From Myxococcota bacterium (GTDB lineage Bacteria > Myxococcota_A > UBA9160 > SZUA-336): DNA of 64,000 nt. How positions within the stretch are numbered: position 1 is the stretch's first letter; each line of letters opens with the position of its first letter. The notes below the pieces were generated by a model. The model made no database searches. It was not told where the DNA came from and was given only the letters and a program-made list of their open reading frames with translations. This document shows positions 9,481 to 19,514 of the stretch, one piece after another. Location: assembly GCA_965247115.1 (NCBI GenBank), contig CBDFGR010000002.1:288001-352000 (forward strand), in the 5' to 3' direction. A program made the translations under genes and the position numbers.

Positions 9481-11148
9481 ATGCCTACCGATCTCGAGAT
9501 TGCTCGAGCCGTGTCCCCGCGTCCGATTGTGGAGGTGGCCAGTGAGCTGGGCCTCGCACCTTCGGACCTCCGCCCTTACGGACACGACATGGCGAAGATC
9601 AATCCGGCAGTACTCAAGGGCCCGCCCCGCCGCGAGGGGGAAGGAAGCCTGATCCTGGTCTCGGCCATAACTCCAACACCGGCCGGTGAGGGCAAGACCA
9701 CGACCAGCATCGGACTGTCGCAAGGGCTCGCCCGGCTCGGCGAGTCCACCTGTCTGGCCCTGCGCGAGCCCTCCCTCGGGCCCACGTTCGGGATGAAGGG
9801 CGGAGCTACAGGCGGTGGTCACAGTCAGGTGATCCCGACCGAGCGGATCAACCTGCACTTTACGGGCGACTTCCACGCCATCACAACGGCTCACAACCTG
9901 CTTGCCGCCCTCGTCGACAATCATGTCTACTTCGGGAACGAGCTCGGGATCGATCCGCGGCAGATCCTGTGGCGGCGCGTGATGGACATGAATGACCGCG
10001 CGCTGCGCAACGTGATCGTGGGGCTGGGCGGCAGCACGCAGGGCGTCCCGCGCGAGACGGGCTTCGATATCACGGCCGCCTCCGAGGTGATGGCGATCCT
10101 GTGCCTGGCCGAGAACGAGGACGACCTGCGCGCCCGGCTCGACCGGATCTTGATCGGCTTCACCTACGACGGGGAGCCCGTAACGGCGGAGAAGCTGTCG
10201 GCCTCGGGTGCCATGCTCGCGCTCCTGCGCGACGCGCTGTGGCCGAACCTGGTTCAGACGCTGGAAGGCACACCTGCGGTGATCCACGGCGGTCCCTTCG
10301 CCAACATCGCGCACGGCTGCAACAGCGTGATCGCCACGCGTACGGCGACGCATCTGGCGGACTGGGCCATCACCGAGGCGGGCTTCGGCTTCGATCTCGG
10401 CGCGGAGAAGTTCTTCGACATCAAGTGCCGAAACGCCGGACTCGACACCGCGGCTGTCGTTCTTGTGGCCACGCTCCGAGCACTCAAGCTGCACGGTGGG
10501 CTGCGGCGCAAAGAGATCGACGATCCGAACCCGGAGGCTGCAGAACGTGGGCTTCCCAACCTGGAGAAGCACATCGAGAACATCAGCCACTTCGGCGAGG
10601 TGCCGGTCGTCGCGCTGAATCGCTTCGCGGGCGACACCGAGGAGGAGATCTCGGTCGTGCGCGAGCGCTGCAGCTCGCTTGGCGTGCCTTTCGCGGTGAC
10701 CGAACATCACGCCCGGGGGGGCGAAGGCGCGGAGGAGCTCGCGCGCGCCGTGATGGCCCACGCGCGGCGCCACCGGGGGTTCACGCCGCTCTACAGCACG
10801 GAGGAGTCGATCCCCGACAAGATCCTCGCCGTTGCGCAGAAGATGTACGGCGCCAAGAGCGTCTCCTTCACGAAACAGGCCAAGCGCGAGATCAAACACA
10901 CGCAGGACCTCGGCTACGCCGACCTTCCTGTCTGTATCGCGAAGACCCCGGCGTCGCTCTCGGATGATCCGACCCTGCGAGGGCGGCCCGATGGCTTCGA
11001 CGTCACGGTTCGCTCGGTCCAGATCAACGCGGGCGCCGGATTCCTGGTGGTCCTGACCGGCGACATCCTCCGCATGCCAGGCCTCCCGCGGCGACCGCTT
11101 GCCGAGAGGATCGACCTTGCAGGCGGAGAGATCGTCGGGCTCGAGTGA
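9481..11148 (+). CDS. fhs: Formate--tetrahydrofolate ligase
   Basis: TPAGEGKTTT, REPSLGP, INLHFTGDFHAI, HGGPFANIAHGCNS, TEAGFGFDLGAEKF, MPGLP. Confidence 0.97.
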   Translation: MPTDLEIARAVSPRPIVEVASELGLAPSDLRPYGHDMAKINPAVLKGPPRREGEGSLILVSAITPTPAGEGKTTTSIGLSQGLARLGESTCLALREPSLGPTFGMKGGATGGGHSQVIPTERINLHFTGDFHAITTAHNLLAALVDNHVYFGNELGIDPRQILWRRVMDMNDRALRNVIVGLGGSTQGVPRETGFDITAASEVMAILCLAENEDDLRARLDRILIGFTYDGEPVTAEKLSASGAMLALLRDALWPNLVQTLEGTPAVIHGGPFANIAHGCNSVIATRTATHLADWAITEAGFGFDLGAEKFFDIKCRNAGLDTAAVVLVATLRALKLHGGLRRKEIDDPNPEAAERGLPNLEKHIENISHFGEVPVVALNRFAGDTEEEISVVRERCSSLGVPFAVTEHHARGGEGAEELARAVMAHARRHRGFTPLYSTEESIPDKILAVAQKMYGAKSVSFTKQAKREIKHTQDLGYADLPVCIAKTPASLSDDPTLRGRPDGFDVTVRSVQINAGAGFLVVLTGDILRMPGLPRRPLAERIDLAGGEIVGLE

Positions 11149-11188
11149 CCCGGCACCAATCCGGCATGGCCGGCTCGGGAGATCCAAG

Positions 11189-12325
11189 ATGGCAGAAGAC
11201 ATGAGCGTGGGGCTTCAGCTCCGTTCTACCGTGAAGAAGAACGGCACCCTCGAGCTATCGCTCGCGAGCGTCGCAACCCCAGAACCCAAGCCCGACGAGG
11301 TGATCGTCCGCGTCGAAGCCTCTCCCATCAATCCCTCCGACATGGGGCTCCTGTTTGGCATGGCCGACATGAGCACTGCTGCGGCATCCGGCGGCGCCGA
11401 CAACCCCGTGGTGACAGCGAGGGTCCCGGAGGGGTTGATGCGACACATGGCAGCGAGGGTCGACCAGGCCTTGCCGGTCGGCAACGAAGGCGCCGGCGTG
11501 GTCGTTCAGACCGGCGCTTCGGACTCGGCACGTGCGCTCATGGGAAAGACCGTGGCGATCCTCGGCGGGGCGATGTACGCCCAGTACCGCTGTATCCCCG
11601 CTGCCCAGTGCCTGGTCTTGCCGGAGGGGACTACGCCGGCAGAGGGCGCTTCTTGCTTCGTCAACCCGCTCACCGTCCTGGGTATGGTCGAGACGATGCG
11701 GGCGGAAGGTCACCGCGCGCTGGTGCATACCGCGGCCGCCTCTAACCTCGGTCAGATGCTGGTCAAGCTCTGCAACGAGGAGAAGGTAGACCTGGTGAAC
11801 ATCGTGCGGAGGCAGGAGCACGCAGACCTGCTCAAGGGCATCGGGGCCACCTACGTCTGCAACTCGAGCGTAACGACGTTCATGGAGGACCTGACCGACG
11901 CGCTGGCAGCTACGGGCGCCACGCTGGCTTTCGACGCCATCGGCGGCGGCAAGCAGGCCGGACAGATCCTGACCTGCATGGAGGCGGCAGCGACCAGGGA
12001 CGCGAAGAACCTCGGTCGTTACGGGTCGACCGTCTACAAGCAGGTCTACATCTACGGCGGCCTGGATCGAGGCCCAACCGAGTTCAACCGGAACTTCGGC
12101 ATGACCTGGGGCATCGGCGCCTGGCTTCTCACTCCGTTCCTGCAGAAGATCGGGGCCGACGGGGCTCAGAAGCTGCGCGAGCGCGTCGCGGCAGGGATCA
12201 AGACCACGTTCGCCAGCCACTACACCAACGAGGTGTCGCTGGTCGAGGCGCTGCGGCTGGAAGCGATTCGCGCCTACGGCAAGCAAGCCACGGGCGAGAA
12301 GTACCTGATCCGCCCGAACACGTGA
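11189..12325 (+). CDS. MDR-superfamily (zinc-independent) oxidoreductase, often annotated NADH oxidase
   Basis: EASPINPSD, GNEGAG, SCFVNPLT, HTAAASNLG, FDAIGGG, ATGEKYLI. Confidence 0.88.
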   Translation: MAEDMSVGLQLRSTVKKNGTLELSLASVATPEPKPDEVIVRVEASPINPSDMGLLFGMADMSTAAASGGADNPVVTARVPEGLMRHMAARVDQALPVGNEGAGVVVQTGASDSARALMGKTVAILGGAMYAQYRCIPAAQCLVLPEGTTPAEGASCFVNPLTVLGMVETMRAEGHRALVHTAAASNLGQMLVKLCNEEKVDLVNIVRRQEHADLLKGIGATYVCNSSVTTFMEDLTDALAATGATLAFDAIGGGKQAGQILTCMEAAATRDAKNLGRYGSTVYKQVYIYGGLDRGPTEFNRNFGMTWGIGAWLLTPFLQKIGADGAQKLRERVAAGIKTTFASHYTNEVSLVEALRLEAIRAYGKQATGEKYLIRPNT

Positions 12326-13537
12326 TCACAACAGGTCCCTGATCGTCCTCCTCGCGAGCTGCGACATGTGGACCTCGTCTGGGCCGTCGGCGATCCTGCA
12401 GTAGCGGCTCATCATGTAGATGTGCGCGATCGGTGTGTCCTGCGTCACGCCCATTCCGCCGTGCGCCTGCAGCGCGCGGTCCGCCACGTTCTGACACATC
12501 TGAGGCGCGATGATCTTGACCATGGAGATGTAGTCCCGCGCGCCCTTCGGGCCGAACTTGTCCATCTTGTCCGCTGCGGCGAGCACCAGCAGACGGCACT
12601 GCTCGATCTCGCAGCGCGAGCGCGCAACGTCGTGCTGGATGCTGGTCTTCTGCGACAGCTTCTCCCCGAAGGCGACGCGACTCTCGATGCGATTGCACAT
12701 CAGCTCGAGGCAGCGCTGGGCCATGCCGACGAACATCATCGCGTACTGGAAACGCCCCGGTCCCAGGCGGCCCTGCGCGATCTCGAAGCCCCGACCCTCG
12801 CCCAGGATGAGATTCTCGGCGGGCACGCGGACGTTGTCGTAGAGCACCTGAGCGTGGCCGCCGGGCGAGTCCACACTTCCAAAGGCGCGCAGCGGCCGCT
12901 CGAGCACCACGCCTGGCGTGTCCTTCGGAACCAGGATCATCGAGAACTGCTCGTGCCTCGGCGCGTTCGAGTCCGTCTTCCCCATCATCACGAACACTTT
13001 GCAAAGCGGGTTGAAGGCGTTCGAGGTGAACCACTTGCGACCGTTGATCACGTACTCGTCGCCGTCGCGGACGATCGTGGCCTCCAGGTTCCCGGCGTCG
13101 GACGACGCGACGGCCGGCTCGGTCATCGAGAACGCCGAGCGGATCTCGCCTTCCATCAGGGGCAGGAGCCACTTCTCCTGCTGGGCCTTGCTGCCGAAGC
13201 GCGCGAGCACCTCCATGTTGCCGCGGTCGGGGGCGCTGCAGTTGAACACCTCCTGCGCCCAGGGCACCCGCGCCATCTTCTCCATGATCGGCGCGAACTC
13301 CAGGTTGCTGAGGCCGGGGCTGAACTCCTCGTACTCCTTCGGGAGGAACCAGTTCCAGATCCCCGCCTTCTTGGCTTCGGCCTTCAGGTCCTCGAACCAC
13401 GGCGGGTAGAGCCACTCGTTCTTGCTGTCATCCACCCACTCCCAGTGCTCGAGCTCGCGCGGGAAGATGTGCTCTTCCATGAACTTGTCGACCTCGGCCA
13501 TGAGCCCGAGCACCTTGTCGCTGGGTTCAAAATCCAT
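12326..13537 (-). CDS. Acyl-CoA dehydrogenase
   Basis: NCSAPDRGNME, FSMTEPAVASSDA, NGRKWF, GFEIAQGRLGPGR, RIADGPDEVH. Confidence 0.95.
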   Translation of the reverse strand: MDFEPSDKVLGLMAEVDKFMEEHIFPRELEHWEWVDDSKNEWLYPPWFEDLKAEAKKAGIWNWFLPKEYEEFSPGLSNLEFAPIMEKMARVPWAQEVFNCSAPDRGNMEVLARFGSKAQQEKWLLPLMEGEIRSAFSMTEPAVASSDAGNLEATIVRDGDEYVINGRKWFTSNAFNPLCKVFVMMGKTDSNAPRHEQFSMILVPKDTPGVVLERPLRAFGSVDSPGGHAQVLYDNVRVPAENLILGEGRGFEIAQGRLGPGRFQYAMMFVGMAQRCLELMCNRIESRVAFGEKLSQKTSIQHDVARSRCEIEQCRLLVLAAADKMDKFGPKGARDYISMVKIIAPQMCQNVADRALQAHGGMGVTQDTPIAHIYMMSRYCRIADGPDEVHMSQLARRTIRDLL

Positions 13538-13638
13538 GCTCGTCCCCTCGGTGGTTCACCTGATCCGAGCGTACCACGGCATCGCGTTCTCGACCCCGCG
13601 CAACGGAGCCCGGCTCAAGGAGTGCGATTTGCAGTGCG

Positions 13639-14928
13639 CTACTCGCTCGAAGCGAGGTCTCTGCGGCCCTTCTCGCTCGCTCGCGCGGCATGATCGAGGA
13701 TGTTGCGGGCCATCGAGGAGGTCTGGGACTGGGAGTTCGAGCGGTATACGGCCGTGCGCACCAGGTGCACCTGCGGATCGTCTGGAGCCGCGGAGCAAGC
13801 GACTTCGACCAGGTGACACGCGAGTGCGTGGCGCCCCTCCCCGGATAGGGCGCGGGCACGCTCGAGAATCGGCCGGGTGCCGCCCGCGAGCGCGACCCAC
13901 TCGGCGCCCGCGTCCGACCGGGGCGCGGGCAGCAGGTTGTCGTACTCGCCGTCCCACCAGCCGCCGTAGCGCCGCCAGATCATGCGGATGAGGAAGCGGG
14001 GATCGTCGTAGACGGGGCGCAGGAAGGGACGCTCCATGAGCTCGGTCGGCAGCTTGACCGCGTGCATCACCTGGTCGAGCGTCCAGCCCTTGTTCATGAG
14101 CGTGACCGTCTGGTCCTCGATCGAGCGCAGCAGGGTCGCCGTCTCGGTGAGCGCCAGGTGGATGCGGTCGGCTCCGAAGATTGGCAGGCCATGCCCGGGC
14201 AGCAGCGTCTCGGGCTCCAGCCCAGCCATCTGGTCGAGCGCATCTGCCCAGTCGCTGACGTAGCGCTGCACCTTCTGCGGGTTTCCAGCATTGGGAACCG
14301 CGTAGATGAAGAGGTCGCCGGACGCAAGGATCTTGCGCTCCGGGATCCACACCCAGGTGTGGTCGTCGGTCTCGCCGCGGCCGTGGTGCAGGTCGAAGGT
14401 GAGCTCGCCGCGACGGAAGGTCAGCCGATCGCGGTAGACCACGTCCGGGTAGCGGTACTGCTCTGGCCAGCGGAATTGCGGTACGTCGATCGCGAACTGA
14501 CGCCGGTTGATGGCCGTGTTCCAGCCCAGCGTCTTCTTGTAGCGGTCGAAGTGCTGGGGCATCAGCTCGTGGGCGTAGATGATCGGCGCAGGCCAACCCT
14601 TGTCACGGGCTTCCTCCTCGAAGCGCAGCGTCGCGAAGATGTGGTCGATGTGGTGGTGCGAGAACACCGCGGCTACAAGCGGCGTCTCGGGTCGCCAGGC
14701 GCGGACCTCGTCGTAGGCCGCCTGAATCTCCTGCATCGTGCCGGCGTCGAGCATCACCAGGCCATCGCCCGTGTCGATCACGTACATGGCGGCGATGCCC
14801 TTCAGGGCGAGCAGGCCCGGCGCGAGCTCGGTCGAGCCCTCGTAGCGCGTGTGAACCGGGTGATGCTCGTGCACGATGTCGAGCTCACCCCGCCAGGCCT
14901 TCTCGGCCAGCTCCCGCAGATCGGTCAT
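13639..14928 (-). CDS. Alkyl sulfatase-like metallo-beta-lactamase-fold hydrolase
   Basis: SHHHIDH, GETDDH, PNAGNPQK, LLPGHG, IWRRYGGWWDG dimerisation region. Confidence 0.9.
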   Translation of the reverse strand: MTDLRELAEKAWRGELDIVHEHHPVHTRYEGSTELAPGLLALKGIAAMYVIDTGDGLVMLDAGTMQEIQAAYDEVRAWRPETPLVAAVFSHHHIDHIFATLRFEEEARDKGWPAPIIYAHELMPQHFDRYKKTLGWNTAINRRQFAIDVPQFRWPEQYRYPDVVYRDRLTFRRGELTFDLHHGRGETDDHTWVWIPERKILASGDLFIYAVPNAGNPQKVQRYVSDWADALDQMAGLEPETLLPGHGLPIFGADRIHLALTETATLLRSIEDQTVTLMNKGWTLDQVMHAVKLPTELMERPFLRPVYDDPRFLIRMIWRRYGGWWDGEYDNLLPAPRSDAGAEWVALAGGTRPILERARALSGEGRHALACHLVEVACSAAPDDPQVHLVRTAVYRSNSQSQTSSMARNILDHAARASEKGRRDLASSE

Positions 14929-15012
14929 GGTCGGGTCCTCCATCGAAGGCCTTTCGGTATGCTACCGGAGGCCGCCCCGTCCGTGCTTCGCGGCGACCGG
15001 AAGGAGAAGCTC

Positions 15013-15285
15013 GTGAACCCGATTTCCGCGGATTCGCACGTGATGGAGGCGGAGGACGTGTTTGTTGGACTCGCGGATCGATTCGGCGACGAGGCGCCGC
15101 GCGTCATGTACGCGGGCACCGAGCAGGATGCCATCGTAATCTCGGCCAAAGGAGCGCGCGGGATCAGAAAACGCATGGGCTGGGCCGGAATGCGCCAGCG
15201 CGACGGCGTGCCGATCGAGCGCCGCCCGGGCCACAAGCCCGAGGTCGACAACTTGAACGGCAGGCACCAGTGGGGTGAGGGCTAG
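15013..15285 (+). pseudogene. N-terminal remnant of an amidohydrolase_2-family metallohydrolase
   Basis: SD AAGGAG at 15001, GTG start, ISADSHVMEAEDVF...RFGDEAPRV motif; stops after about 90 aa where it meets the convergent helicase. Confidence 0.7.
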
Positions 15286-17345
15286 CTCCACATGTCGCGG
15301 AGTCTGGCACCGACGTCCACGCGGACCTGGGACCTCGACCCGGGGCCCAGTGCTGCGTGCTCGCGGCCGCTCGTGTCGCGCTGGAAGCGGTCGAGGATCT
15401 CGTCGGGCAGGAACCGGCTCCGCGGTGCGTACACGTGCCCATCGCCATACCGATGCTGGTGGTGCCGGAAGAAGCGCAGCGGGTGGATCAGGTACAGGTG
15501 GTCCCGCGCTCGGGTCATCGCCACGTAGAGCAGACGGCGCTCCTCGTCGATCTGCTCCCCGCTCCCGGTCGCCATGTCGGACGGGATGCACCCATCCGAG
15601 GCATTGAGTACGTAGACCACGTCCCACTCGCGCCCCTTCGCCGAGTGGATCGTGGAGAGGATCAGGTAGTCCTCATCGAGCAGGGGCGGACCGGCTTCGT
15701 TCCCCGTAGCGTCGGGCGGGTCGAGCGCGAGCTCGCTCAGGAAGCGCTCCCGAGTGGCGTAGGCCGACGAGATCTGCTCGAGCTGCTCCAGGTCCGCCGC
15801 TCGCACGTGCGGGGCAACGTAAAGCCGCTCCAGCTGGGGCTCGTACCAGCGGCGAACCATGCCGACCTGGCCGTGCCAGTCGGTGGCGGAGTCGCGCAGC
15901 GACAGCAGCAGCTCGCACAGGGCGGGCCAGTCCGCTGCGGCGGAGGGAGGCGGTCGCACCGCCCGCAGGACTCCGAGGTCGAATCCAGCCGCCTCGAGGC
16001 GATCCAGCGCGCGCCGGGCGAGGCGCGGACCGATCCCCGGCAAGAGCTGGAGCGTCCGGAATGCGGCGACCGAGTCTCGCGGGTTCTCGGCCCACCGCAG
16101 CAGGCAGAGCACATCCTTCACGTGGGACGCCTCGAGGAACTTCAGTCCCCCGAACTTCACGAACGGGATGTCGCGTCGCGCGAGCTCCACCTCGAGGGCG
16201 TCGCTGTGGTGTGAGCTGCGGACCAAGACGGCCTGTCTCTGCAGCTCGATACCGGCTTCGCGATGCCGGAGAACTCGCTCGACCACGTAGTCCACCTGGC
16301 ACACCTCGTCCTCTGCGGTGCACAGGATGGGCCGCTCCGCGGAACGCCGGTTCGAGAACAGCTCCTTTCGAAAGCCGTCCGCGGCATCCGCGATCACCGC
16401 GTTACACGCGGCGAGGATCGGCTGGGTCGATCGGTAGTTCTGCTCCAGCGTCAGGACGTTGGCCGGTGGCTCGAACTGATGGGGGAAGTCGAGGATGTTG
16501 CGGACGGTCGCCGCACGGAACGAGTAGATCGACTGCGCGTCGTCGCCGACCACGGTCACACCCGCGCCGTCCGGCTTCAGGCCGAGCAGGATCCTGCCCT
16601 GGAGCGCGTTCGTATCCTGGTACTCGTCGACCAGCACGTGATCGAAACGCTCCTGAACGGGCCGGGCCAGCTCCGGCTCCACCATGAGGTGGTACCAGTA
16701 GAGCAGGAGGTCGTCGTAGTCGAGCACGTGGTGCGCCTGCTTGTCAGCGACGTAGGCGCGAAACAGCGCCCGCAGCTCGTCGGTCCACTGGCCGCACCAC
16801 GGGAACGCGCGGCGGAGCACCTGCTCCAGGGGATCGCGGGAGCTCACCGCGTGGGAGTAGATAGCCAGGCAGGTCGCCTTTCGGGGAAAGCGCCGCGAGG
16901 TGCGCGCCAGGCCGAGCTCGTCGCGCAAGAAGTCGATGCGGTCCGCGGCGTCAGAGCGATCGAGAACGGTGAAGCTCGGATCGAGACCGATCGAGTCCGC
17001 ATGGAGACGCAGCAGGCGATTCGCGATGCCGTGGAACGTGCCCGACCACGGCAGGTCAGCTGCTCCGCGCGCTCCCCCGGATTGGTGGCAGATCCGGCGC
17101 GCGCGGCGGGTCATCTCGGCCGCCGCACGCCGCGTGAACGTGAGCAGCAAGATCCGCCGCGGGTCCGCGCCGTTCCCGATCAGGTGGGCGACCCGATGCG
17201 CGAGCGTGTGGGTCTTTCCCGATCCCGCGCCCGCGATGATCAGGAGCGGCGGCGGCGCGGCGTTCTCTGCCGCGGGGCCGATCCCGTAGCGAACGGCGGC
17301 CGCCTGTCCTGGATTGAGCTGCTCGAAGATCGCGCCCGGATCCAT
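15282..17345 (-). CDS. UvrD/Rep/PcrA-family ATP-dependent DNA helicase
   Basis: AGAGSGKT, LTFTRRAA, VDEYQDTN, VGDDAQSIYSFR, LEQNYRS, TIHSAKG, EERRLLYVAMTRA. Confidence 0.96.
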   Translation of the reverse strand: MDPGAIFEQLNPGQAAAVRYGIGPAAENAAPPPLLIIAGAGSGKTHTLAHRVAHLIGNGADPRRILLLTFTRRAAAEMTRRARRICHQSGGARGAADLPWSGTFHGIANRLLRLHADSIGLDPSFTVLDRSDAADRIDFLRDELGLARTSRRFPRKATCLAIYSHAVSSRDPLEQVLRRAFPWCGQWTDELRALFRAYVADKQAHHVLDYDDLLLYWYHLMVEPELARPVQERFDHVLVDEYQDTNALQGRILLGLKPDGAGVTVVGDDAQSIYSFRAATVRNILDFPHQFEPPANVLTLEQNYRSTQPILAACNAVIADAADGFRKELFSNRRSAERPILCTAEDEVCQVDYVVERVLRHREAGIELQRQAVLVRSSHHSDALEVELARRDIPFVKFGGLKFLEASHVKDVLCLLRWAENPRDSVAAFRTLQLLPGIGPRLARRALDRLEAAGFDLGVLRAVRPPPSAAADWPALCELLLSLRDSATDWHGQVGMVRRWYEPQLERLYVAPHVRAADLEQLEQISSAYATRERFLSELALDPPDATGNEAGPPLLDEDYLILSTIHSAKGREWDVVYVLNASDGCIPSDMATGSGEQIDEERRLLYVAMTRARDHLYLIHPLRFFRHHQHRYGDGHVYAPRSRFLPDEILDRFQRDTSGREHAALGPGSRSQVRVDVGARLRDMWS

Positions 17346-17449
17346 CTCCCCCCGCCGATCCGGGCTCGATCCCCCGGACCCGCATTAGTAGGGCGATCAG
17401 AAGGCGAAAGCAAGGGGCCGCCGGGGACTCCCCGCCTCGCCCGTGGGAA

Positions 17450-18457
17450 TCAGTGGGGGAGCCACGCGATGGCGCGGACCTCGCCGAACTCTCGCTCGAG
17501 CTTGTGCCAGGTCAGGCCGCCGTCCTCGCTGACGTAGACATAGCCGAACAGGCTGTTTGCCACGATTCGATCCGGGGCTGCGGGATGGGTTCCGAACCAG
17601 TACACCGTGGAGTTGGGCGCCGCCGAGAGGTCCGCCGGCTTCCAGGTTCCCCCTCCGTCCGCGCTGCGCTGGATGGCGCCGATCTTTCCTGGCACGGAGT
17701 CGCCGTTGCCGACAAAGAGCACGTCGGGATCGTCGGCCTTGACCGCCACGCCGCGGCAGTACGAGATGCGATTGCCTGCGAAGAAGCGGGGAAACGAGTG
17801 CTGGGTCCAGCTCTCTCCCTCGTCGCTGCTGATGATCGCACCCGAGGGGGTGCCGGCGACGATACTCGCGTGCCCATTGCTCCCGACGCTGAGCGCCAGA
17901 CTGTGCACATCCTGGGAGAACATCTCGTCGCCGAGCGGGGCTGTGCGGCGGAAGCTCTCACCGCCGTCGCGGCTCACGAACACCCCGTCGATCTCGACAC
18001 TGACCCAGATCGTGTCGCGATCACGCGGATCGAACACGATCGACGTGACCTTGGGCGCACCGGCCAGGCACTCCTTGGCAATGTCGATCGAGAGCGCCTC
18101 CCAGTGTCCGCCCCCGTCGCGGGTGCGGTACAGAGCGGGTGGCTTCGTGCCCGCCAGGATCACGTCGCCGTCGTGTGGGTCGACCGCGACGGACCAGATC
18201 TGAAGGCCCTCCATGGGGGACGGGACGACCTGGAAGCTCGCGCCGCGATCGTCGCTGCGCAGGAGACCGACCTCGGAGCCGGCGTAGACGCGTTCGGGAT
18301 CTCGCACACTCGTCGCCAGCGCACGGATCTGGATCTCACCCGGCTCGGCCGAGAACGGGAGCGAGAGCCCGCTCTTCCGCCAGTTCTCCCCGCCGTTGGA
18401 GCTCTGCCACACGCCCGCCCCGACGCTCCCCACCAGAATCGTGAAATCACCGGCCAT
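17450..18457 (-). CDS. BNR/Asp-box repeat beta-propeller protein
   Basis: Repeated SxDxGxx(W/F) Asp boxes (SSNGGENW, SDDRGASF, TRDGGGHW, SRDGGESF, SSDEGESW, SADGGGTW, SEDGGLTW); no signal peptide. Confidence 0.88.
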   Translation of the reverse strand: MAGDFTILVGSVGAGVWQSSNGGENWRKSGLSLPFSAEPGEIQIRALATSVRDPERVYAGSEVGLLRSDDRGASFQVVPSPMEGLQIWSVAVDPHDGDVILAGTKPPALYRTRDGGGHWEALSIDIAKECLAGAPKVTSIVFDPRDRDTIWVSVEIDGVFVSRDGGESFRRTAPLGDEMFSQDVHSLALSVGSNGHASIVAGTPSGAIISSDEGESWTQHSFPRFFAGNRISYCRGVAVKADDPDVLFVGNGDSVPGKIGAIQRSADGGGTWKPADLSAAPNSTVYWFGTHPAAPDRIVANSLFGYVYVSEDGGLTWHKLEREFGEVRAIAWLPH

Positions 18458-18490
18458 CGGACCCCTCCTTACACACCGCCTCGATCCGGA

Positions 18491-19357
18491 TCAGCTGCAA
18501 GCGGCAAACTCCGTCGCCGGGTCTCCGCTTAGCCTGGCGTGGTACATGACCCGAGGCTCCTTCATGTTCCACGGACGGGCTTGATGAAGCAAGCAGCGGT
18601 TGTCCCACACGACCGCATCACCCGGGGACCAGGTGTGGTGGTAGATCCGAGGCGCCTGGCACGCGAAGTCGACCAGGTCCTGCAGCAGCCGCTCGGATTC
18701 GCCCGGGTCCATCTCCGGAATGCCGTACGCGTGGCGACCGATCAACAGCGAGGGTCGTCCGGTCTCCGGGTGGATCTTCACGAGCGGCCGCAGCGGCGGG
18801 TCCTGGCCGTGGAAGCCGTAGCCCTGGTAGTCGCTGCCCTCTTTCGGTACGTGCCCGAGCTTTGCCTGGCTGTAGTACAGCGAGTGGTACGCCGACAGGT
18901 CGCTGATCCGAGCCCGCATCTCGTCGTCGAGGGCGTCGTAGCCGGCGCGCATGTCCGCCCAGCCGGTCTCGCCCCCGCTCGACGGAACGACGTGAGCCGA
19001 GAATACGGCTCCCTTGGCCTGCACGGGCATGTACGTGCTGTCGCAGTGCCAGCGCATGTTGCCCTTGAGCACCTTGAGAACGTCATCGTCGTCGTCCTCA
19101 ACACGAACGGTGCCGTCCTCCCGGACGTTGCTGAGCGGCGCCAGGTCGAACTCCAGGTCGCCAAAGCGCTTCGCGAACGCGACTTGCTCTTGGTTGGTAA
19201 GGTGCTGAGCCGGGAAGACCAGGAGCGCGTACTCGAGCCACGTGTCGTAGAGCCGGGCAAACGAGTCATCGTCAAGCTGCGCCAGCCGGAGACCGGTCAC
19301 CACGGCTCCAAACGTCGCCTCGAGGGGCTCGACCCCGAAGCTCTTGCCAATGGTCAT
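18491..19357 (-). CDS. TauD/TfdA-family Fe(II)/2-oxoglutarate dioxygenase
   Basis: WHCDSTY (HxD), GGETGWAD, WDNRCLLH. Real start at 19357 or 19369, not 19726. Confidence 0.93.
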   Translation of the reverse strand: MTIGKSFGVEPLEATFGAVVTGLRLAQLDDDSFARLYDTWLEYALLVFPAQHLTNQEQVAFAKRFGDLEFDLAPLSNVREDGTVRVEDDDDDVLKVLKGNMRWHCDSTYMPVQAKGAVFSAHVVPSSGGETGWADMRAGYDALDDEMRARISDLSAYHSLYYSQAKLGHVPKEGSDYQGYGFHGQDPPLRPLVKIHPETGRPSLLIGRHAYGIPEMDPGESERLLQDLVDFACQAPRIYHHTWSPGDAVVWDNRCLLHQARPWNMKEPRVMYHARLSGDPATEFAACS

Positions 19358-19514
19358 GGTGTTCCCCATACCCGATTTGTATCGAAGATCGGCCTGGTGG
19401 TAAAGCCAACACCTGGAAGCGGGCCGCGCGGCTCTCGAGCTGGAGCTGACGCGTCTCAGCCAGACGCGACCGGGTGACGTATCATGGCGGCCCGGTTCAA
19501 CGAAGGAGATTCCC

